Positions 38,184-51,943 of a stretch of 64,000 bases of DNA are shown here, one piece after another (within the stretch, counting starts at the first letter, position 1; the number at the start of each line of letters is the position of its first letter). Location: NCBI RefSeq assembly GCF_018350175.1, contig NC_058368.1:111230001-111294000 (forward strand), given 5' to 3'. The position numbers and the translations under genes were made by a program. Source of the DNA: Felis catus. Its lineage: Eukaryota. Under the pieces are notes generated by a model. That model worked only from the letters and a program-made list of their open reading frames with translations. It was not told where the DNA came from and searched no databases.

Positions 38184-39245
38184 GTAAGGTGGGGTGTTTT
38201 GAGGGGGAGGGGAGGTGTGGATTGTTGTTGTTGTTTTTGTGGCAAAGACATATAACATGAGATCTATGTTTTAAGAGATTTTTAGGTCTACAATCCAGTA
38301 TTGTTAACTATAAATACAATGTGTTGCAGCAAAGGGAAATTTTTAAAATTTGGTCACGTATTCATTGGCTTAGAATAATCTCCCTTACTTTTGGAGGTAC
38401 TCATTTCTCTTAAACCAAAAGAATATATTTCTGATCTTAAGAGCTTTGTTGCTATCCTTGGTAAAGCCAAGATGTGTCATATTTATTTACCAATCGTATT
38501 TAACAGATATTTATTGAGAGTCTACTTAGTGTGAGGCTTACTGTTTAGAAAAAATCTTGGTATTTCCACGTTGCTTTTCAGAAAGATGTTACCAATCTCT
38601 GGTCTTACCAAGTGCCCTTTTCATTTTAGCCTTTGGTGTGTGTGTGTGGTGTGTGTGTTTAGTTATTGTTGCTGATATGATAGGCTAAACATTATATGTT
38701 TTCTTTTGGCTATCATTATTCTGGTCTAGAATAGAAAATCTAAGCAGTGTTGCCCTTTATTGCAGATAGTTCTTCTTTCTAAAAGTAATTTGTATGAGCT
38801 CCTTATATGTACCTGTTCATTGGTCTTCATGTGTCCATATAGGTTGTAATATGGATATCATCTCTAGTTTTTTTATTTGTTCTTTTACTTTAGTGTTCCA
38901 GATCTTGCTGATTAGAAAATTTTTAAAAATTAGCTTGATATTTGATGCTTCCCAAAAGGTTTTCATTTTTATTTCTGTATTTATTGATTTTTATTATTGT
39001 GGGTAATAATTACCAAAAAAAATATATTAGTCGATTTCTTTTAAATTTTTTTCTGTGGTTAAAGAGGAAAGTATAAGATTTCTCTAGACTTTAAATATCA
39101 AAACAGGCTCTAGAATACATGTGGAAGGTAGTGTTTTTTAAGTTTATTTTTGGGAGAGAGAGAGAGCATGAGCGAAAATGAAGGGGGGGGGGAGACAGAG
39201 AATCTGAAGTGGGCTCTGCACTGGCAGAGAGGAACCTGCTTGGGA

Positions 39246-39291
<46 letters not shown>

Positions 39292-39643
39292 CCCTTCCCC
39301 ACTTGTGCTCTCTCTCTCAAAATAAATAAATAAACTTAAAAAAAAAAGAAAAAAGAAAGAAAGTAACCAAAAGGTTTAGAAAAGAAATTTTTAAGAAGCG
39401 AACATGTTACCATAATTTATGATTCCTTTTGAGTAATAACTTGAACAAAAAGAATTTTATAGTCAAAAAATGAAAGAAATAAAAGTTAATGAGCTTTTAC
39501 TCATTAAGGCTTTGAAACTATTTCTGCTTATTAAATAATCTTTTTGGTTCTAAATTGAAAAGAAGTGATTTTTCCAAGAGACTTGCATACAAGTTTTTAA
39601 ATATAAGTTGTCCCTTACTGTCATTTATATGTTTTCCCCAAAG

Positions 39644-39754
39644 GTGAAAGAAGAATTCGTGTTCATACTTTGTGTTTGCCTGTAGTTTCAACTCTGAATG
39701 AAGTCTTTCTTGGAGCTGATGTTCAAGCAATTGCAGGGTTATTGGCCAATATGG
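39644..39754 (+). CDS. SEC24A: SEC24A exon 17
   Basis: ccaaag|GTGAAA...ATGG|gtaaga; ERRIRVHTLCLPVVSTLNEVFLGADVQAIAGLLANM. Confidence 0.96.
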
Positions 39755-42700
39755 GTAAGAATTGTTATCACCTATTGTAAATATTTCACAAATAATAACA
39801 TTAGAAAAATCTGGAGAGTTTTATCTTGCTTTAAATTTTTTTCTTAAATTTACTTTTAGAGAGAGTGAGCGTAAGTGGTGGAGAGTGACAGAGGGAGAGA
39901 GAGAGAATCCCAAGCAGGCCCCACACTCAGCAGGGAGCCCTGTGCAGCGCTCATCTCATGACCCTGGGGTCATGACTTGAGTCAAAATCAGCAGTCAGAT
40001 GCTGAACCGACTAAGCCACCCAGGCACCCCTTATTTTTCTTGAAATAATTAGCTTTAGGGGCATCTGTGTGGCTCAGTCAGTTAAGTGTCCGACTTCGGC
40101 TCAGGTCATGATCTCCTGCCTAGTGACTTCAAGCCCTGTGTCAGGCTCTGTGCTGACAACTTAGAGTCTGGAGCCTGCTTGGGATTCTGTGCCTCCCTCT
40201 CTTTCTGCCCCTTCCCTGCTCACGCTCTTTGTCTCTCTCTTAAAAAAAAATAAACATTAAAAAAAAATACTGGGGCGCCTGGGTGGCTTGGTCGGTTGAG
40301 CGTCCGACTTCGGCTCAGGTCATGATCTCACGGTCCGTGAGTTTGAGCCCCGCGTCAGGCTCTGGGCTGATGGCTCAGAGCCTGGAGCCTGTTTCAGATT
40401 CTGTGTCTCCCTCGCTCTCTGCCCCTCCCCTGTTCATACTCTGTCTCTCTCTGTCTCACAAATAAATAAACGTTAAAAAAAAAAAAATTAAAAAAAATAC
40501 TTAACTTTAAAGGTTTCAGTGTTTTGGATTCTGTGTATGCCTCCTAAGTAACTACTTGAATGAAAGGAACTTTTTTTTTCCTTTATTTAAGCAGCTTTAT
40601 TAAGATATAATTTATGTGCCATATCACTTAACCTATTTTAAGTCTGCAACTCTGTTATCTATGATATATTTGCTGAATTGTATGGCCATCACCTCAATCT
40701 AATTTTAGAACATTTTTATCATCCCAAAAAGAACCTCATGCCTATCAGCAGTAACTGCCCACTTCCTCTTTTTATCCCTCACCAGCTTTAGGCAACTACT
40801 AAACTGCTTCCTGTTTTATAATCTGCCTGTGGTGGATTTAAATAACCATATTTTACTAAATGTTCAATACTAAAGGTTAATAGCTTTCTTGTGAGGTCTG
40901 TAACTTGGATTGCAAGAGACAGTGAAGTTATGTAAAGATCATTATTCTTGGAGTCATGGAATTTGAGATTGAAAACCAGTTTACTTTTCACACATAAGTT
41001 TGCATTCTTGGCCAGATCACCTGAGCTAGAATTTATTTATTCATACCTTCAGTTCTTTACTTCTGTCTCAGACATAGTTTAGTTGCCTCCTTGATTTTTT
41101 GTTGTTGTTTTTACTTTTTTTTTCTCCTTGAGGAAAGATGTCGTTCGGTCCATTTACTTCAAACTCAAATCTGCCTATGATAAGGGTGATTACTTTTTTT
41201 TTTTTTTATTTCCTATTGGTAAATTCTTTTTTTTTTTTTTTTTAAGTTTATTTTGAGAGAGAGAGAGTGAGCACGCCTGAGCAAGGGAAGGGCAGAGAGA
41301 AAGGGAGAGAGAATCCCAAGCAGGCTCCGCACCATTATCAGGAGCCCATCTTATGGCTCTAGCTCATGAACCGTGAGATCATGACCTGAGCCAAAATCAA
41401 GAATTGGATGCTTAACTGATTGAGCCACCCAGGTGCCCCAGCAAATTTTTTCTTTAATGAAGCCTGATGAAGGCCAAACCCATTTTAGTTAGTCTCATAT
41501 GCTGTTGAAAGTTAAAGATTGTGGGGGTGCCTGGGTGGCTCATTCGGTTGGGCGTCCGACTTCAGCTCAGGTCATGATCTTGCAGTCCATGAGTTCGAGC
41601 CCCGCGTCGGGTTTTAGGCTGATGGCACGGAGCCTGGAGCCTGCTTCCGATTCTGTGTTTCCCTCCCTCTCTGCCCCTCCCCTGTTCATGCTCTGTCTCT
41701 CTCTGTCTCAAAAATAAATAAACGTTAAAAAAAAAAAAATTAAAAAAAAAGAAAGTTAAAGATTGTGACCTAAGAAATTTGAGGGTCATTGCCTTTATAT
41801 TTTGTTCAACTAATACTTTTTAGTAACAGTATGATCAATATTATCTTTATTGTCATCAGCAAGAACTATATATTAGGTGGTATTTGTAGGTCTGAAAAAA
41901 TCTGCACAATGGTTTGCTTCACAAAAAGTATTGGTTTTGTTACTAAATTCGGTTGATAGCATTATGAACATTTTTTCACATTTTATAAATTTTTTAAAAA
42001 ATTTTATAAATTTTTTTCACATTTGATAAAGATTTTATCAAAATCTTTAAAATCAGGATGTCTTCAATTGAAGTCTTAAGAGTTAACTGTTGATCAGGTT
42101 GGCTATATACAAATTTGGTTATAGCAGTTAATAACATCACTTTATTGATTGTATTTTTTTTAATGTTTATTTTTGAGAGAGAGGGAGAGAGGCCAGGAGT
42201 GGGGAGGGGCAGAGAGAGAGAGAGAGAGAGGTAGAGAAAGAATCCCAAGCAGGCTCTCTGCTGTCAGGGCAGAGCCCGATGTGGGGCTTGAACTCACGAA
42301 CCGTGAGATCATGATCTGAGCCAAAGTTGGACGCTTAACCAGTTGAGCCACCCAGATACCCCAGTACTGATTGTATTTTTGATATCACATGAATTGACGT
42401 TTTTTTTTTTTAAGCTTATTTATTTTGAGGGAGAGAGAGCTCAAGGAGTAGGGGCAGAGAGAGAGAGGGAAAGAGAGGATCCCAAGCAGGCTCCATGCCA
42501 TCAGCACAGAGCCCCACGCAGGGCTCAATCTTAAGAACCGTGAGATCATGACGTAAGCCGAAATCAAGAGTCAGATGCTTAACCGACTGATCCATCCAGG
42601 TGCCCCAACATAAATTTAGTTAGTTAGTTAGTTAGTTAATTAAAATTTTTATTATTTTTTAATGTTTATTTACTTAGTTTTGAGAGAGACAGAGTGTAAG

Positions 42701-42883
42701 TAGGGGAAGGACAGAGAAAAAGAGAAACACAGAATCCAAAGCAGGCTCCAAGCCCCAAGCTAACAGCACAGAACCTCATGCAGGTTTCAGACACAGGGAC
42801 CACAAGATCATGGCTTGAGCTGAAGTTGGACGCTTAACCGACTGAGCCACCCACATGACCCTTAACTTTTTTTAATGTTTATT

Positions 42884-42920
<37 letters not shown>

Positions 42921-43801
42921 AGAGAGCGAGCCAGAACATGAGCAGGGGAGGGGCAGAGAGAGAGAGAGGGAGGCCCAGAATCTGAAGCATACTTCAAGCT
43001 GTCAGCACAGAGCCTGATGCAGGGCTCAAACTCACAGCCGTGAGATCATGACCTGAGCCGAAGTCGGACATTTAACTGACTGAGCCACCCAGGTGCCCCA
43101 TGAATTTAGTTTAGTTGTAGTTTAAGAATTCTCTAAAACAATTATATGCTTTTAGTGTTTAAATTTTTCTTCAGGGGAAAAATTTTTTTTCCAGTATGCT
43201 GAAATGCATGTAAACAGAGTGGCATGACAGGTGATGAGAAGCATCTAAGTAGCTAAGAGCTCTTGCAATAAATATAGGGTAAAATTCTCTGTGAAGAAAG
43301 CATGTGCTTTAGTTGCAGACTTTTTTCTTTTTCTGTAGTATGTAGATAAAATGGTGGATTACTACTAATAACATCTTAGATTTGGGGTACCTGGGTGGCT
43401 CACTTGGTTGAGTTTGTAACCCTTGATCTCCAGGTTATGAGTTCAAGCCCCACATTGGGAGTAGAACTTATTTAGAAAGAATATTTCAAAATAACATCTT
43501 AGATTGAACAAAGAACAGTTTTCCCATTTTACAGGTAAGGAAACATACTCATGAAGGTTAGATTCCTTGCCATATTGTCTTACAGTTAGGAAATAGAGAA
43601 GCATTTCAGCCAACTTTGATTTGACTCTTCAGACGATGTGCTTTGAGCTGCTATGCTTGTCTCCTTGTGTATGTGATACATTGGAGAGGGAATATGTATA
43701 ATAAAAAAAAATACATCTCTTCTATCTGTAACAGTGGGATTGAAGTGGGATAGCTAAACTTCTATCTTCTCTCTTGTTTGTTCCTGCCTTCCATCTGTTA
43801 G

Positions 43802-43977
43802 CTGTTGACAGGTCTGTGACTGCCAGTCTGAGTGATGCTCGAGATGCCCTAGTGAATGCTGTCATAGATTCTCTTTCAGCTTATCGTTCTTCAGTCCTAA
43901 GTAACCAGCAGCCTGGACTCATGGTTCCTTTTTCTTTGCGGCTTTTCCCACTCTTTGTGTTGGCTCTCCTTAAACAG
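43802..43977 (+). CDS. SEC24A: SEC24A exon 18 (helical domain)
   Basis: tgttag|CTGTTG...ACAG|gtaaga; VDRSVTASLSDARDALVNAV...FVLALLKQ. Confidence 0.96.
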
Positions 43978-44959
43978 GTAAGAGAGTTAAACCCAGAAAC
44001 TAACACAATAATGTCATTAGCCCAAGTTTTTATCCTGTAAACCACTAAACATTGTATGTATAACTTTAAGCCAGTTAAGTTTTCTAAGCACAGGGATCCT
44101 GGCTTTTATTGGAACCTTGAAAAAATTTGTAACCCAAAAAAGTTTAAAAATACTGATTTAAAGCGTGTGCCTTATTTGTAAGAGATGAAGGTATTCACTT
44201 AAGTTATCAAAGATGTAAGTGATGTAAGTAATGATCAGTTTTCCAAAACAATCTTTTATTGCTAGAGCAAGGAGTGACACATGAAACTCTTCTTTGGTTT
44301 TTTCCTGCTCCCTACAGTATCTCAGCCACATACTACTAAATCTTAGCTATGCCTTCTCATACCTGTGCCATGGGCTGCATTGCACTTTCCTCTTACTGTG
44401 TTTGAGCTCAAATGTTATCTCTCTAGCAGTTGCCTTTCCTTCTATGGTCCTGTAGAGTTTTTCATTTGATATTGTTATTTAATGATCTCCCCTGCCTGCC
44501 CTTTATCCATACCACTGGCTCCCCCTGCCCCGCTCTCCAAAAAAGAAAGGAAACTCTGGGCTGGTGAAGGAGACTTATTTTTCCAGGGTACAAAATCCAA
44601 TGTCCAAGCTTATGTACTTACTGTAACTTTCCCTTGTAAGTTTTATTAAAAAGCTCATGTTAATAAATCACTTAGGGTTACATCCTAGATTTCAAAACTG
44701 ATCAAAACTACTCTGGATCTTGTCAATTTGTATACTTTTCTGAACTCCAGGATCTACCTGTCTGGTGTATGTCATCTCTTCTTAGGTGAGAAGGGTAACC
44801 CACTTAACCTAATAGGATGGCTTTTGGATCAGCTTCTAGTTTCTTTAACTCAAATTATGCATTTCTACTTCTGAATATAATCTAAATACATAGAAATTAC
44901 ATAAATACTTAAATTTTAACATTTAAAAATCTGAGCTTTTCCCTCTTCAGGTCTTTCCT

Positions 44960-45263
44960 TAATGCTGTCCTTTCGCTGAGGCCTGTCTTCCCTTACCTCC
45001 CCATTTAGTGTGCAACACTCTGTTACCATTCTAACCTACATTCTTTATCTGTCTTCCCTCCCTTATTTTTTCTCTAAAGCATTTAACACTGACATATCAG
45101 TATTTTGCTTATTTATTATTTACTTTTCTCTTACTGGGATTTTTTAGTTATAAGGACAGGGATTTTTATCTTTTTTGAAAAGTTTACCACTTTGTTTCAG
45201 CACTTAGAACAACAGTTCTTAGTACATAACAGGCTCTCAGTAGTTATTGAATCAATAAATGAA
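44960..45263 (+). mobile_element. L2 3' fragment
   Basis: Ends cagcacttagaacaacagttcttagtacataacaggctctcagtagttattgaatcaataaatgaa, typical of the L2 3' terminus. Confidence 0.65.
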
Positions 45264-45907
45264 ATTTCCTTCTTCCATTTCCCATAATATTCTTTTTTTC
45301 TTTCTTAGTGACTATCAACATACTAATTTAAAAAATCTTGAGGCACCTGGCTGGCTTAGTTGGCGGAGTATGCAACTCTTGGTCTCATGGATTTGAGCCC
45401 CACAGTGGGCACAGAGCTTACTTTAAAAAATCTTAAGAGCCTTGGAGTGCCTAGGCTGGTTCGATCAGTAGAGCATGTGACTCTTGTTCTTGGGGTTGTG
45501 AGTTGAAGACACACTTTGGGTGTAGAGATTACTTCAACAACAACAACAACAACAACAAAAAGCCTTAAGAGCCTTTCTGATCTTCAGCTTCCTTTGTTTA
45601 TAGTTAGTACACTTGTTTTATGGCATAATCTCATTGCTCCTAGCTCTCTGCCTCTTTCTACTACTTTCCATCAATAGGAATGCTTACAACCTTTTTTTTT
45701 TTTAAACATTTTATTTTTTTAAGTAATGGCTACACCCAATTTGGGGCTTGAAATTAGAATCCTGAGATCAAGAGTTGCATGCTCCTACTGACTGAGTCAG
45801 CCAGGTACCCCAGGAATGCTTAAAACTTTACCTCGAAACTTTTAGTATTCTCTATGAAGCTAATAGATCAGTTACAATTCACTACAATAAGAACCAGTTA
45901 CAACTCA

Positions 45908-45983
45908 GCAGTTCTTCCTGCCCACGGATCATGTCCCTGTGCTTTAATAAAATCACCTGTGGGAAAAAAACAAAAACAAAAAA
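45908..45983 (+). mobile_element. Short polyadenylated LTR-R-like retrocopy (copy 2)
   Basis: GCAGTTCTTCCTGCCCACGGATCATGTCCCTGTGCTTTAATAAAATCACCT plus A-rich tail; flanked by CAGTTAMAACTCA at 45895-45907 and 45984-45996. Confidence 0.6.
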
Positions 45984-46528
45984 CAGTTAAAACTCATTAC
46001 TTATTAACTTTATTTTGCTAAGTAACTGTCCTCATTTGCATTATTGTATTATTATTTTTCCTAATTGATTTGTAAGCTTTATTGTGTTGTTTATATAACT
46101 GAAGGAGAAACAAGGATAGTTAACCACCATTAGTCATCACCCAGCATTTATAAAACACAGGTCTTTGGTCCTTCATTTGTGTTTTCATTTTTTCATCTGC
46201 AATATAACCTTACCCTTCTCATGGTATTATTTAGATTTTTATGTCACCATCATTGTATGGTAGAGTGTTTAGATCCATTTCACTGATTAGGAAACAGAGA
46301 GATCCAGTGACTTTGCCATGGTCAGGTAATTAATTTCTTCCAGGTGGGGCTATAACCACAATTTAATAGATTTGTGTGACTTCTTAAAGGATACTTTTAA
46401 AAGAATAATTAACAGTAAATTTGCTAATTCTGTCTGAAGATACTCTTTTAACATCTGAGTTGGAAAGCTTTGTTTATATTTGTTATTAAATACCCATTTT
46501 TTGGATGGGGGTTGGTTTTTTGTTATAG

Positions 46529-46666
46529 AAATCGTTTCAGACTGGGACAAACGCACGTCTAGATGAACGCATTTTTGCCATGTGTCAAGTGAAAAATCAG
46601 CCATTGGTCTACCTTATGCTCACAACTCATCCCAGTTTGTATAGAGTTGACAATCTTTCAGATGAG
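46529..46666 (+). CDS. SEC24A: SEC24A exon 19
   Basis: ttatag|AAATCG...TGAG|gtaaga; KSFQTGTNARLDERIFAMCQVKNQPLVYLMLTTHPSLYRVDNLSDE. Confidence 0.96.
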
Positions 46667-47193
46667 GTAAGATTGATTACTTTTTTAGTGGCTTTTTCTT
46701 GGAGGTTTATAAGCCTAATTATATTGAGTCCATTGTAGAAATGAGGAAAGTTTTTATTGCTTCGCTAAGTCTGTGTAAGGAAATTTTGGTTTGGGGAAGC
46801 TCATGAGATAGTATCTCTTTTCTTACTAAATTATTATTTAAGATATTGAAGTAATAAATTTCCTTAAGTTTGTTTAAGACAAATCTGTAAAGGGGCATCA
46901 GGGTGGCTCAAGTCGGTTAAGTGTCAGACTTCAGCTCAGGTCAGGATCTTGCAGTTCCTTACTTCGAGTCCCATGTTGGGCTCTGTGCTGACAGTTTGAA
47001 GCCTGGAGCGTGCTTCAGATTCTGTGTCTGTGTCTCCCTCTCTCTCTGTTCGCTGTCTCCCCCTCCCCCCTCTCCAACCTCCCGCTCTATCTCTCAAAAA
47101 TAAATAAACATTAAAAATAAAAATAAAAAAAAAAAGACAAATCTCTAAAGCAAATTTCCTAAATGTAGAGCTTATCTGATTTACTTATTTAAA

Positions 47194-47406
47194 TTTTTTT
47201 TTTCAACGTTTATTTATTTTTGGGACAGAGAGAGACAGAGCATGAACGGGAGAGGGGCAGAGAGAGAGGGAGACACAGAATCGGAAACAGGCTCCAGGCT
47301 CTGAGCCATCAGCCCAGAGCCTGACGCGGGGCTCGAACTCCCGGACCGCGAGATCATGACCTGGCTGAAGTCGGATGCTCAACCGACTGCGCCACCCAGG
47401 CGCCCC
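47194..47406 (-). mobile_element. Young feline Can-SINE
   Basis: Perfect 19-nt TSD TCTGATTTACTTATTTAAA at 47175-47193 and 47407-47425. Confidence 0.95.
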
Positions 47407-48632
47407 TCTGATTTACTTATTTAAACAAATTGATCTGAAGGGAGTGTCCTGAGGGCGAAATTATATCTGAAAACCCCAGGTCAGTGTTTAGTGCAGCAAT
47501 ATTATTGATTTAAAAAATAATTTAAGTTGTAACATTATTTGTCCTTTTTTTTTCCCCTTTCTTTCTTTTGAAGTTCCCACTGAGATATTATTATTTACCT
47601 GAGTTAAAGTCAGATGCATGAAAATATCAAATCATAATCTTTCTTTCTAAAATTGTGATCAAGTTAGGATATATATATGTACACACACACACATATATGT
47701 ATATATATGTGTATATATATGTATATATATATGTGTGTGGGTGTGTGTATAGGAAGCAATATTTTGCTTAAAAACCTTTCAAAGCTTAAAGAATTTACGA
47801 TCTTGCATATATAAAGGACAAATTGCATATGAAATTTGAGCAGTCTTTGCATTGCCTCATTCTTTCATATGGGCCTTTACTTAGAAGACTAGAAAACAGA
47901 GCCACTGATAGCTTCTTTTCTTTCCCACCAGAAAAAAGTCAAGATTATTTTTTTCTTTTATATTTGAAAACCTCTAGAAATTTCTAAATAGCTATATTGA
48001 GGCAGTGCACGGTCTTTCTCCTGCTTTTCACATGCCCTAAGGCAAGAAGTCTTAAGGTAATATGGTTAATAGTCCCTGTTAGAATTAAAGCCTCATGGCT
48101 AGAGGGGAAATACCTCTTGGTAGGTCAGTATTTTATTTACTTCCTGCTTCTAAGGTTTAATCAAGTACCTAGATAAAATGGTTAAAAATTTTTGGGTCAA
48201 AAATTAAGTTATGAATATTTAAAGGTGTGTTTGTGTTTTCAGATAACAGTATGTCTTTTAGAAATGAGAAACTTCCATTTCTGGCCTTAATAAATAAAAG
48301 ATATGTCAAACTGATAAGAACTATTAAGATATCATTTGCATTGGGCTTTTAATCCTCCCTCATTATGTACACATGACTTAAGCCACACAATCAGCCATTA
48401 TTATTAACTAATTATACATAGATATTAGTTGCATTTATTGTATTTTATAATAGTTAAAATCAGAAGTTAATTTGGTTTTATTGGAATTCACAATGGGGTT
48501 TTTTTAGATAAGTGATAAATATTTCTTCATCTTCTTTATATTTAAATACGAATAACTGATTTACCTAAGTAAGTTTCAAAGTCTTGGAATTAACATTGGA
48601 ATTAAAATTTTAATTGTGACTCCATATTACCA

Positions 48633-49007
48633 TGTCAACAAAAATTCTTGGAATTCAAAGGTTTGGTCAGAGGCCAGGGAAAGCTTTAGTGTTAAACATT
48701 TTACAAACCAGGAGATGCAGCCTTCCTAACAGAAGTACACTCTGAAGGAGGAAGGATTTCAGCTCAGGGTTACGTAGGCAGAAACTGCAAGTTCTGGGTT
48801 CTTATTAGGAGTTGGTCAGACTGAGGTCCCAAACTGCGACTTCAGGAGCAGGTTGACAAGCAGGATACAATTTAGTGTTTCTGGTAGCAGCTTCAGGATA
48901 TGGCAGCTGCTGGAGGGTGTGATAAGATTTGTGGCAGGGTCAGCAAATTTTCCTGAATTTTATGTGGGCTTGTCAACTCAGGCTGTGTTGACTGGTTTTG
49001 TTCCTCA
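48633..49007 (-). mobile_element. Possible solo LTR
   Basis: GC-richer ~375-nt block bounded by TG...CA in AT-rich intron; no clear TSD, family not identified. Confidence 0.35.
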
Positions 49008-49409
49008 ATGATCATTTGGCCTGATAAAAATTTTAGCTTTTCTGGGATGCTTGGGTGGCTCATTCGGTTAAGTGTCTGATTCTTGGTTTTGTGTGCTCTC
49101 TCTCCCTCAAAATAAATAAACTTTAATGAAACAAAATAAAATTTTATCTATTCTCCTTTGACATGAAGGAACCCATCTTGTCTGTTAGCCGTTGTCTAAT
49201 TATTGGGGTATTTTGTTCTCAATTATTATCTAGGAAAAGCTTTAACTTTTGGGAGCACCTGGGGTGCTCATTTGGTTAAGCATCTGACTTCAGCTCAGGT
49301 CATGATCTCATGGCTCTAGAGTTCAAGCCCCGTATGGGGCTCTGTGCTGCCAGCTCAGAGCCTGGAGCCTGCTTGGGATTCTGTGTCTCTTTCTCTGCCC
49401 CTCTTCTGC

Positions 49410-49456
<47 letters not shown>

Positions 49457-49532
49457 AATAAATAAATGTTAAAAAAATAGTCTTTTAAATAATAAAAAAT
49501 AAAAGCTTTAACTTTTCTGTCTAATTTCTCAG

Positions 49533-49637
49533 GGAGCACTCAACATCAATGATCGCACCATACCTCAGCCGTCTATTCTTCAGCTTTCCGTGGAGAAGCT
49601 CAGCAGGGATGGAGCTTTCCTCATGGATGCAGGCTCT
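49533..49637 (+). CDS. SEC24A: SEC24A exon 20 (gelsolin-like domain)
   Basis: tctcag|GGAGCA...CTCT|gtgagt; GALNINDRTIPQPSILQLSVEKLSRDGAFLMDAGS. Confidence 0.96.
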
Positions 49638-50203
49638 GTGAGTTAGTCTGACTGATCTGGATCATTCCCTCCATGTACTAGTACACATTCATTCCCTATA
49701 ATATCTTCTTTTTGGGGGCAGATTATATGCTATTTAATCTCTATTTTTGTGTGAGCCACATTCTCCCTTCATAGCCTCTTCTCATGCCAAGCATAAAATG
49801 TCTCATTATGCTTAAAACTGATTATTATTAGTTCATTTGAAGTCAGTACAGTTTCACTAAACATATTTATTATTTTGATCTTTTAAATCATACTCAGTGC
49901 TAGGAGTGCCTGGGTGGCTCAGTCGGTTGAGCCTCCAACGCTTGGTTTTAGCTCAGGTCATGATCTCACAGTTCCCTGAGTTCCAGCCCCACATCTGGCT
50001 CTGTGCTGACTACCGAGTCTGCTTAGGATTCTCTGTCTCCCTCTCTCTCTGTCGCTCCCCTGCTCATGCTCTCTTGCTCTCAAAATATATAAATAAACTT
50101 AAAAAAAAAAACACACACACACAAAAATATACTCAGTGGTAAAGGTGAGTCAGCAGCAGACTGTTAAATGCACATCTCAAAATAATTTTCTTCCTGTCCC
50201 CAG

Positions 50204-50296
50204 GTATTGATGCTTTGGGTTGGAAAAAATTGTGGACAAAATTTTCTCAGCCGAGTTCTAGGAGTTCAAAACTATGCATTAATTCCACAAACTATG
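50204..50296 (+). CDS. SEC24A: SEC24A exon 21
   Basis: ccccag|GTATTG...TATG|gtaaga; VLMLWVGKNCGQNFLSRVLGVQNYALIPQTM. Confidence 0.96.
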
Positions 50297-51544
50297 GTAA
50301 GAATTTATTAGAGTGATTATAGTAGACTTAAAGGGCATTTCAAATGTGGCAAAATCATGAACATCCCATTTTAAATCAGTTTTTCCAGAAAATAAAATGG
50401 TGCCACAGATTATGTTTCCCTTCTAATTGGGAACATAAAATAGTCATTTTATGTTTTAAAGGCATTCTTTGGGTTATTTTGCATCAATGACTTAGTTCTT
50501 ATGTGTCTATGACAATAGACTATTTTAGGAAGAAAGTAATGAATTTAGTTAATGCCCCCCCCCCCAAAAAAAAGAAATAGTTTTCTAGAATTAGTGTTAA
50601 TGTTGTAGTTTTTGTGTTTTTGTGTTTTTGGCAAGTGATTTCATTGATGACAAGGTCCTTTTAACTGCTGCTTTAGAGTAAGAACTGATCTAATTGCCAC
50701 ACAAGCAAATAACTTGTGATCAGTGTCAGTTGGATTAATATTTACTATTGAAGAAAATAACAATAAACTCTGTCAATAGCTCTGTCACCTTGTCAAGTCA
50801 CTAACAGCCTTATCCGTAAAGTAAGAATATTGTTGCCTATGGAGGAGTAACTGAAATGATCCATGAGAAAGCATTTGTTAAGCTATAAAGCATTTGGATA
50901 AGTTTCAGTTTTAAAGTTAGAATTAATTATAACATGGTATTATTTAGTGTCATATTTTTCAGACTCTACTATCTGTTTGTCCCAACTTTGGAATATGTAT
51001 TTTATGTCAGTGCTTTTTCACATTTATGGGTTTAACTCCATTCACAGAAGTCATCGAGAGATTCATGTATTTAAAAGACCTATCTGGGGCACCTAGGTGG
51101 CTCAGTCAGTTAAGTGTCTGACGTCGGCTCAGGTCATGATCTTGAGGTTTGAGAATTTGAGCGCCACATTGGGTTCTGGGCTGATAGCACGGAGCCTGCT
51201 TCAAATCCTCTGCCCCCCTTTCTCTCTGCCCCTCCCCTGTTGCGCTCTCTCTCAAAAATAAATAAACATTAAAAAAAAAAAAGATAATATCTCTCAGAAT
51301 TAATGCTGGGATAAGCTCTAGCTTTCAGGGTTTAAAATTACTGCTCTGGTTGACTAGGCATTTTAAGTAATGAGATAAGAAATTGGGGCACCTGGGTGGC
51401 ACAATTAAAAAAAAAAAGAAAAAACACTGACAAAAAAAGAAATTTTCATATTTGTAATAACTCCTGAATGAATCAATTAATTCTAGATGCCATAATAAAA
51501 TGAAGAGGGGAGGTAGGATGTTCTTCTGGATCAGGACTCAATAG

Positions 51545-51728
51545 AGTGTGCCAAAGAGGGCCTGCCACCTGTTTTTGTTTTACTGGAACATAGCTATGTC
51601 CATTCACTTATGTATGGTCTGTGGCTACTTAGTGGAACATTGGTAGGGTTGTGTATTGCAAAAGAGACCAAATGACCTGCAAGCCAAAAGTATTTATTGT
51701 CTGACCTTTTAAGAAGTTTGTGTACCCC
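51545..51728 (+). mobile_element. MER58A-like hAT-Charlie MITE
   Basis: Recalled motifs gggcctgccacctgtttttg...ttttactggaacatagc...agagacc...aaagtttg. Confidence 0.7.
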
Positions 51729-51943
51729 TAGGGGAGCCTGGGTGCTCAGTCAGTTAAGCATCCAATTCAGCTCAGGTCATGATCTCACGGTTTGTGAGTT
51801 AAAGCCCCACATCAGACTCTGTGCTGACAGCTCAGAACCTGGAGCCTGCTTCGGATTCTGTGTGTACCTCTCTCTCTGCCCCTCCCCAGTTTAGACTCTG
51901 TCTCTCTCTCTCAAAAAATAAACAAACATTTAAAAAAGTTTGC

